From the NCBI GenBank assembly GCA_021786825.1, contig JAJYMS010000111.1, forward strand, positions 1 to 51,779: DNA of 51,779 nucleotides. Direction: 5' to 3'. This stretch comes from Bacillota bacterium (GTDB lineage Bacteria > Bacillota > Sulfobacillia > JAMDAP01 > JAJYMS01). The notes beneath the pieces were generated by a model. That model ran no database searches and was not told the DNA's origin. It worked only from the letters and a program-made list of their open reading frames with translations. A program made the position numbers and the translations under genes. How positions within the stretch are numbered: the stretch's first letter is position 1; each line of letters begins with the position of its first letter. Positions 47,013 to 51,779 of this stretch are shown here, piece by piece.

Positions 47013-47441
47013 TCAGGCGTCCCAGGGGTAGTGGTTGACGGGGGAAACCGGCAGGGGTGGACGGTCTGCGCGAATTTCCTCCTCATCGCGGTGCCGCTGG
47101 GCCTCGGGCCACCAGGAGCTGAAGAGCAGGGGACACAGCACCAGGGCGGTCACACCGAAGACGCGGAAGCGGGCCAGGTCCGGCAGCATCAGAAACTGCA
47201 GGGCCATGCCCGACCAGAACCAGAGCACCGCCGTCCGGGCGGCCCAGGGGGCGAGCTGGCCCCGGTAGGTCATCACCAGAAGGGGGGTGAAGAGGCCCCA
47301 GCCGACCACCACCACCACCAGCGGGGCGACCAGGTGATGCGGGATGGAGCCGGTGTACAGGAACAGGGCGAGAATAGCATAGCCACCCAGCGACATGCCG
47401 AGCAGTAATGTGGGTGTCCGCCTGGGGCTCGTCGACTTCAC
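47013..47441 (-). CDS. Hypothetical four-TM membrane protein
   Basis: Four hydrophobic segments; GTG 47441 preceded by AGGGGGG and lying downstream of a sigma54 promoter. Confidence 0.7.
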   Translation of the reverse strand: MKSTSPRRTPTLLLGMSLGGYAILALFLYTGSIPHHLVAPLVVVVVGWGLFTPLLVMTYRGQLAPWAARTAVLWFWSGMALQFLMLPDLARFRVFGVTALVLCPLLFSSWWPEAQRHRDEEEIRADRPPLPVSPVNHYPWDA

Positions 47442-47481
47442 GCTTAAACCTACCCCCCTGACCGAGATGCCCCTGGACGAT

Positions 47482-47497
47482 TGCAAGATCCGTGCCA
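47482..47497 (-). promoter_or_regulatory. Sigma54 (SigL) -24/-12 promoter
   Basis: Minus strand TGGCACGGATCTTGCA, exact consensus. Confidence 0.8.
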
Positions 47498-47616
47498 CCG
47501 GCTGCCCCGCCTCCCTGGCCCCTGCCGGTGCAACCCTTGCGCGTTCACCGGTGGCGGGGCGCGCAAGGGTTCTTGGCGATGCAGGATTTGCACGCCGCCC
47601 GCCGCCGCCCGGTCGG

Positions 47617-48078
47617 TCACCGGCGATGGGCGACGCGCAGCAGCATCAGCAGGACAGCGGCCAAGCCCGAAGCCGCCAGGGGGCCGACCGGAATGCCCCG
47701 CCAAAAGATCACGCCCAGGATCGTCCCGACCATCAGGCCGATGATCACGTCCGGCCTGGACTGCAGCAACTCAACCCCCGGGCGGCTGATGGTGGAGGCG
47801 ACGGCTCCCCCGACCACCGCCGCCAGGCCGATCCAACTGCTCACCGCCCGCAGGAGGTCGCCGGCGGTCAGGCGGTCGCGCGACAGCGGAGTGAGCACCG
47901 AGAGCGTCAACAAGACCAAGCCCAGCTGCAGCGAGCGGCGCTCGAGAAAGGCGAGAACGGACGGCAGGTTGGCCGCCTTGAGCACCAGCACGATTCCCGC
48001 CGAGGTCGTGATCAACTCGTTACGGAACAGCAGGCCCAGGGTGAGGATAAAGAGCAGCGGCAGGTTTCGGTCCAGCAT
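47617..48078 (-). CDS. DUF441 family membrane protein
   Basis: GTILGVIFWRGIPVGPLAASG; RBS AAGGGAGG. Confidence 0.9.
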   Translation of the reverse strand: MLDRNLPLLFILTLGLLFRNELITTSAGIVLVLKAANLPSVLAFLERRSLQLGLVLLTLSVLTPLSRDRLTAGDLLRAVSSWIGLAAVVGGAVASTISRPGVELLQSRPDVIIGLMVGTILGVIFWRGIPVGPLAASGLAAVLLMLLRVAHRR

Positions 48079-48189
48079 CGGGCAGCCTCCCTTCCTCCTG
48101 AGTCCATGTCTATTCCCGCCGCCGGGGCCTATGTAACCGCCCACCGGCCGGGGGAATAGCCTAATCCAGACCCAACGGAGGAAGGAGCG

Positions 48190-49038
48190 TTGAAGCCCTT
48201 GAAGGAATCTGACCGCCAGAAGGCCTGGGGCGAGGCCTTTGATTTTCCGCTGGCCGGCCGGGACGCCAAGCCACGTGGCCGCGGGCTGACGATGATCATC
48301 GACAAGGGGCTGGGCCTCACCGAAACCCGCGACTTGTTGGAGCTAGCCGCCGACTACATAGACTGCATCAAGCTGACCTTCGGCACGTCCGCCTTCTACT
48401 CAACCCACCTGCTGAAGGAGAAGATCGCCCTGGTCAAGTCCTACGGGGTTGGCATCTTCCCCGGGGGCACGTTCCTGGAGATTGCCCTGATCCAGGGCAA
48501 GCTCGCCCGCTACCTCAGCCGGGCCAGGGAACTCGGCTTTACGGCGATCGAGGTTTCGGACGGCACCATCCCCATGTCTGACCAATTGCGGCGGGACACG
48601 GTACGAGCGTCCCGCGAGGCCGGTTTCGTCGTCTTTACGGAGGTGGGGAAAAAGGATCCGCAGGACCGGGTGCCCCAGAGCAAGATCCTGGAGCAGATCG
48701 TTTCCGACCTGGAGCAGGGGGCCTTCAAGGTGATCGTGGAGGGGCGGGAATCCGGCAAAGGCGTGGTCATCTACGGCGCCGACGGGTCCGTCAACCGCGA
48801 CGAACTGGAGGGCATCGCCAGGGCCGTGCCGGCCCTGGACGCGATTCTCTGGGAGGCGCCCTTGAAGAACCAGCAGGTGGTCCTGATTCAGCGCTTCGGC
48901 CCCAATGTCAACCTGGGCAACATCCACCCGGAAGACGCCCTGGCCCTGGAGGCCCTGCGGGTGGGACTGCGCGGCGACACCTTGAGGCTGAGCCTGCAGT
49001 CCATGAACGTGGCCTCCCTGGCGGCCCGCGGCCGCTAG
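48190..49038 (+). CDS. comA: Phosphosulfolactate synthase
   Basis: KPRGRGLTMIIDKG, PGGTFLE, IEVSDG, EVGKK, VEGRESG, WEAP, VNLGNI, LRGDT. Confidence 0.95.
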   Translation: MKPLKESDRQKAWGEAFDFPLAGRDAKPRGRGLTMIIDKGLGLTETRDLLELAADYIDCIKLTFGTSAFYSTHLLKEKIALVKSYGVGIFPGGTFLEIALIQGKLARYLSRARELGFTAIEVSDGTIPMSDQLRRDTVRASREAGFVVFTEVGKKDPQDRVPQSKILEQIVSDLEQGAFKVIVEGRESGKGVVIYGADGSVNRDELEGIARAVPALDAILWEAPLKNQQVVLIQRFGPNVNLGNIHPEDALALEALRVGLRGDTLRLSLQSMNVASLAARGR

Positions 49039-49042
49039 GAAG

Positions 49043-50017
49043 ATGGACCAAGTCGTCGTGGCGGAGCTCATCGACCCCCTGGGGCTGCAGATCCTGCGGT
49101 CCCACGGGGCTGTTCTTTATGATCCGGCTTTGTTCCGGGACCGGCCCGGGCTGTTCGGAGCCCTGGCTTCGGCCCGGGGCCTGGTCGTACGGAACCAGAC
49201 GGCGGTCGGCCCGGAACTGCTGGCGGCCGCTCCGCGGCTGCGGGTGGTCGGCCGGCTGGGGGCGGGGCTGGACAACGTCGACCGGCCCGCCCTCGAAGAC
49301 CGCGGTATCCACCTCGTCTACGCGCCGGACGCGGCGACCGCCAGCGTGGCCGAGTTCACTCTGGCCCTGATCCTGGCTCTTTTCAAGGACCTCGGGCGGG
49401 CCCAACGGCCGACCTTCCGGGGGGGGTGGGACCGCTCCGGCTACCGGGGCCTGGAGGCGTGGGGCAAGACCGTGGGAATCCTGGGACTGGGGCGCATCGG
49501 CCGGGCGGTTGCCGACCGGGCTGCCGCCCTGGGGATGAAGGTCACGGCTTACCACCCGCGCCTGGGCGCCGGCGCGAGGGACATCGGCGGGACGGACGCG
49601 GGTGGAACCAGGGTCGCCCTGGCACCGATGGACGAGCTGCTTGCGGGGTGCGACGTGCTGACCCTGCACCTTCCGCTGGGGCCCGCCACGCGGGGGCTGA
49701 TCGGGCGCCGCGAGCTACGGCTGATGCGGCCGGGGAGCTACCTGGTCAACACCTCCCGGGGGGCGGTCCTGGACGAGGAGGCCCTGTACGATGCCCTTGG
49801 CGCCGGGCACCTGGCCGGCGCGGCCCTGGACGTGCGCGCCCGGGAGCCACCTGGCGCCCGACCGCCCTTCGGTGAGTTGCCGAACGTCATCCTCACCCCC
49901 CATGTGGCGGCTCTGACCCGCGAGGCGCAGGAGCGGATAGCCCGGGAGGTGGCGGCGGGTGTGGTGGAGCACTTGCAGGCCGCCGGAGTCGAATCTTGCA
50001 GGGAAATAATGCCATAA
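49043..50017 (+). CDS. D-isomer-specific 2-hydroxyacid dehydrogenase (SerA-like, no ACT domain)
   Basis: GAGLDNVD, GLGRIG, NTSRG, ALDV..EP, TPHVA. Confidence 0.92.
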   Translation: MDQVVVAELIDPLGLQILRSHGAVLYDPALFRDRPGLFGALASARGLVVRNQTAVGPELLAAAPRLRVVGRLGAGLDNVDRPALEDRGIHLVYAPDAATASVAEFTLALILALFKDLGRAQRPTFRGGWDRSGYRGLEAWGKTVGILGLGRIGRAVADRAAALGMKVTAYHPRLGAGARDIGGTDAGGTRVALAPMDELLAGCDVLTLHLPLGPATRGLIGRRELRLMRPGSYLVNTSRGAVLDEEALYDALGAGHLAGAALDVRAREPPGARPPFGELPNVILTPHVAALTREAQERIAREVAAGVVEHLQAAGVESCREIMP

Positions 50018-50025
50018 AGTCGAAT
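49998..50025 (+). promoter_or_regulatory. SigH-like promoter for the downstream kinase
   Basis: GCAGGGAAAT...GTCGAAT, i.e. AGGG-N18-GAAT. Confidence 0.5.
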
Positions 50026-50069
50026 GTACCCCCAGATCGAAGCCGCTGGTCGGAGTGGGGGTGCCGCCG

Positions 50070-51779
50070 GTGCTGGAGACGGAAAGAGACGTTCTCAAGG
50101 GGGCCGCCGCCCGGCTGCTCAACCTGGGCCGGGCCGCCCTCATCACCATGTTTCTCGTCTTCCTGCTGATCGCCGTGCTCACCATCGTGTCCGAGTTGCT
50201 TTCCATCCGGGCGGAGCGCGAACTGAAGGAGTTCATCGAGCCGCTGAACCGGGCGGTGGAGACAACCGGTGCCATGATCGCCGCCGGCGCGCACGGGGAG
50301 GAGTTGCAGACGGTGGCGCTGGAGGCCCGTCAGAAGGCGGCGGAGGCCGGGCGGGCAGGGGGTTTGACCAGGTTGTCCGAGATGGGCGGCGAGTTTGCCA
50401 CCGCGGTGCTGGCGTTGGCGGCGGACGGAAACGAACGGGACGCCGCTCAGGCCTCGCGGAGCTGGAGCCGGCTGCGGGAGGCGGTCAAAGGTGAGGAGGC
50501 CCGGCTGGAGAAGGATCTCAGGCTGATCCAGAACAGCCAGTCGCTGTTTGTGCTGGTGCTGGGGCTGGTGGGACTTTTCGCGGGCGCCAACGTACTCTCC
50601 CTGTGGAGCAGGAACTCCTCCCTGGAGGCCGTGACCGAGGTGCAGCGGGAGCATCTCCGGGCGGTGCTTGACTCGTCCCGGGCGCAGGGCCGGGAACTGG
50701 AATCGGCGACATCTTTTCTGCGCACCGTTCTGAACAACCTGGAGGTCGGCATAGCCGTAACCCAGGGGCCTCAACACCGGATCGCGGTGGCGAACCCCGC
50801 CTTCTGCCGCGGGCTCGGCAGGAACCAGCCGGAATTACTGGGCCAGTCGCTGCTGGAGTTGTGGAAAGGCCTGGACGGCTCGCAACTCTTCTCGGTGTTG
50901 AACGGGGTTCTGGAGAGCGGAGTCCCCCGGCAGTTCGAGGACTGGGAATACGTCCAGGGGGCCAAGAAGGCCTACTGGTCGGGGCGGGTGCAACCGCTGG
51001 GAGGCGAGGGCCTGGTGGTGATGGTCGAGGACACCACCCGCCGGGTCCAGGCCCGCGAGGCGGTGCAGCAAGCTTTGCGCGCGGCACAGGGTAACGCCGC
51101 CCAGCTTCAGGCTGTGTTCGACAGCATGACCGAGGCGGTGTTCATCATTGACCTCCTGGGACGGGTCACGGACATGAACCACGCGGCCTTGCGGTTGGTG
51201 AGGATCGCCGTCAAAGAAGAGGCCCTGATCCCGCTGAGGAAGCACTTGCGGCGCCTGGAAGCCCATTTTCCCGACGGATCCCCGGTTACCCTGGGGGCCT
51301 TGCCGGCGGCCTCCGTGCTTCGCGGGGAACCCTTCCGGGACCTGGAGATGATCGTCCGGCAACCGGGGGGCCAGGAACTTCACCTGAACGTAAGCGCCGC
51401 TCCGGTGCGGGGCCCGGATGGCGGCACGACGATGCTGGTGGGGGTAGTCAGGGACGTCACCGAACTGAAGGAACTGGACCGGGCGAAGGATGAGTTCCTG
51501 GCGGTGGCCTCCCACGAGTTGCGAACCCCCCTGACCTCGGTCATCGGTTTCACCCAGCTCCTGGCCCGCCGGATGGACCGCTGCCTGGCTTGCCCTCCGC
51601 CGCACCTTTGCGCCGACGGCTGCCGGCAGGACCGTGATATCCTGGAAACGGTGCTGGAGCAGGGTCGCCGCCTGAACCGCCTGACCGCGGACCTGCTGGA
51701 CGTGTCCCGCCTGGATACCGGCCGGTTGGAGCTGCACCTGGAGCACGTCGACCTGGCCGAGTTGGCCGAGGAGGTCATC
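50070..51779 (+). CDS. Membrane PAS-domain sensor histidine kinase (truncated by window end; not in ORF track)
   Basis: Hand translation: two TMs; PAS-like ANPAFCRGLG and AVFDSMTEAVFIID...VVRDVTE; HisKA KDEFLAVASHELRTPLT...DLLDVSRL. Confidence 0.9.
   Translation, partial: MLETERDVLKGAAARLLNLGRAALITMFLVFLLIAVLTIVSELLSIRAERELKEFIEPLNRAVETTGAMIAAGAHGEELQTVALEARQKAAEAGRAGGLTRLSEMGGEFATAVLALAADGNERDAAQASRSWSRLREAVKGEEARLEKDLRLIQNSQSLFVLVLGLVGLFAGANVLSLWSRNSSLEAVTEVQREHLRAVLDSSRAQGRELESATSFLRTVLNNLEVGIAVTQGPQHRIAVANPAFCRGLGRNQPELLGQSLLELWKGLDGSQLFSVLNGVLESGVPRQFEDWEYVQGAKKAYWSGRVQPLGGEGLVVMVEDTTRRVQAREAVQQALRAAQGNAAQLQAVFDSMTEAVFIIDLLGRVTDMNHAALRLVRIAVKEEALIPLRKHLRRLEAHFPDGSPVTLGALPAASVLRGEPFRDLEMIVRQPGGQELHLNVSAAPVRGPDGGTTMLVGVVRDVTELKELDRAKDEFLAVASHELRTPLTSVIGFTQLLARRMDRCLACPPPHLCADGCRQDRDILETVLEQGRRLNRLTADLLDVSRLDTGRLELHLEHVDLAELAEEVI

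Noticed and set aside
46958-47016. 10-bp inverted repeat CTGATCCGCC/GGCGGATCAG as a MITE
   Set aside because: Single copy, no target-site duplication seen, partly within a gene end; more likely a convergent-gene hairpin.
752-51746. Many long antisense or alternative-frame ORFs (e.g. 23732-25468, 33688-35361, 8587-9777, 50835-51746)
   Set aside because: They shadow well-supported genes. High GC3 suppresses stop codons, and they carry no recognisable motifs.
1-51779. CRISPR array, IS elements, integrase, tRNA or rRNA
   Set aside because: No regularly spaced repeats, transposase or integrase motifs, or structural RNA genes recognised by eye.

Overview
GC-rich chromosomal window from an endospore-forming Bacillota member, inferred from the gerKA-KB-KC operon, two DUF1540 genes, forespore-type promoters and a YmfI-type reductase. 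No rRNA, tRNA, CRISPR array, intact IS or prophage was seen. Gene order: 3' end of a GidA/TrmFO-like flavoprotein; NitT/TauT-type ABC importer; YwiC-like protein; HEPN remnant; DUF362; marR-emrB-emrA-tolC-like-panE; ymfI; Fe/Mn SOD; ferredoxin; a type IV pilus cluster (pilB-T-C-pilin-D, three minor pilins, fused pilMN, pilO); ald and a PucR regulator; LytS/LytTR divergent from DUF485-actP-like-crotonase; tusA; an ABC-2 exporter; a DUF4015 lipoprotein; a futalosine menaquinone operon (MTAP-like, mqnE, mqnA, second mqnE, mqnC); DUF554; the ger operon; an L,D-transpeptidase; DUF441; comA with a D-2-hydroxyacid dehydrogenase; and a truncated PAS histidine kinase. Best leads: (1) an altered MTAP-fold gene in the MqnB slot plus duplicated MqnE; (2) a TolC-like protein that seems to lack beta-barrel strands; (3) two consensus sigma54 promoters sharing GCA-N5-TGC boxes; (4) a four-Cys insert in a kinase DHp loop; (5) probable CTG start codons. 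All family calls come from motif recognition by eye; no database searches were run.
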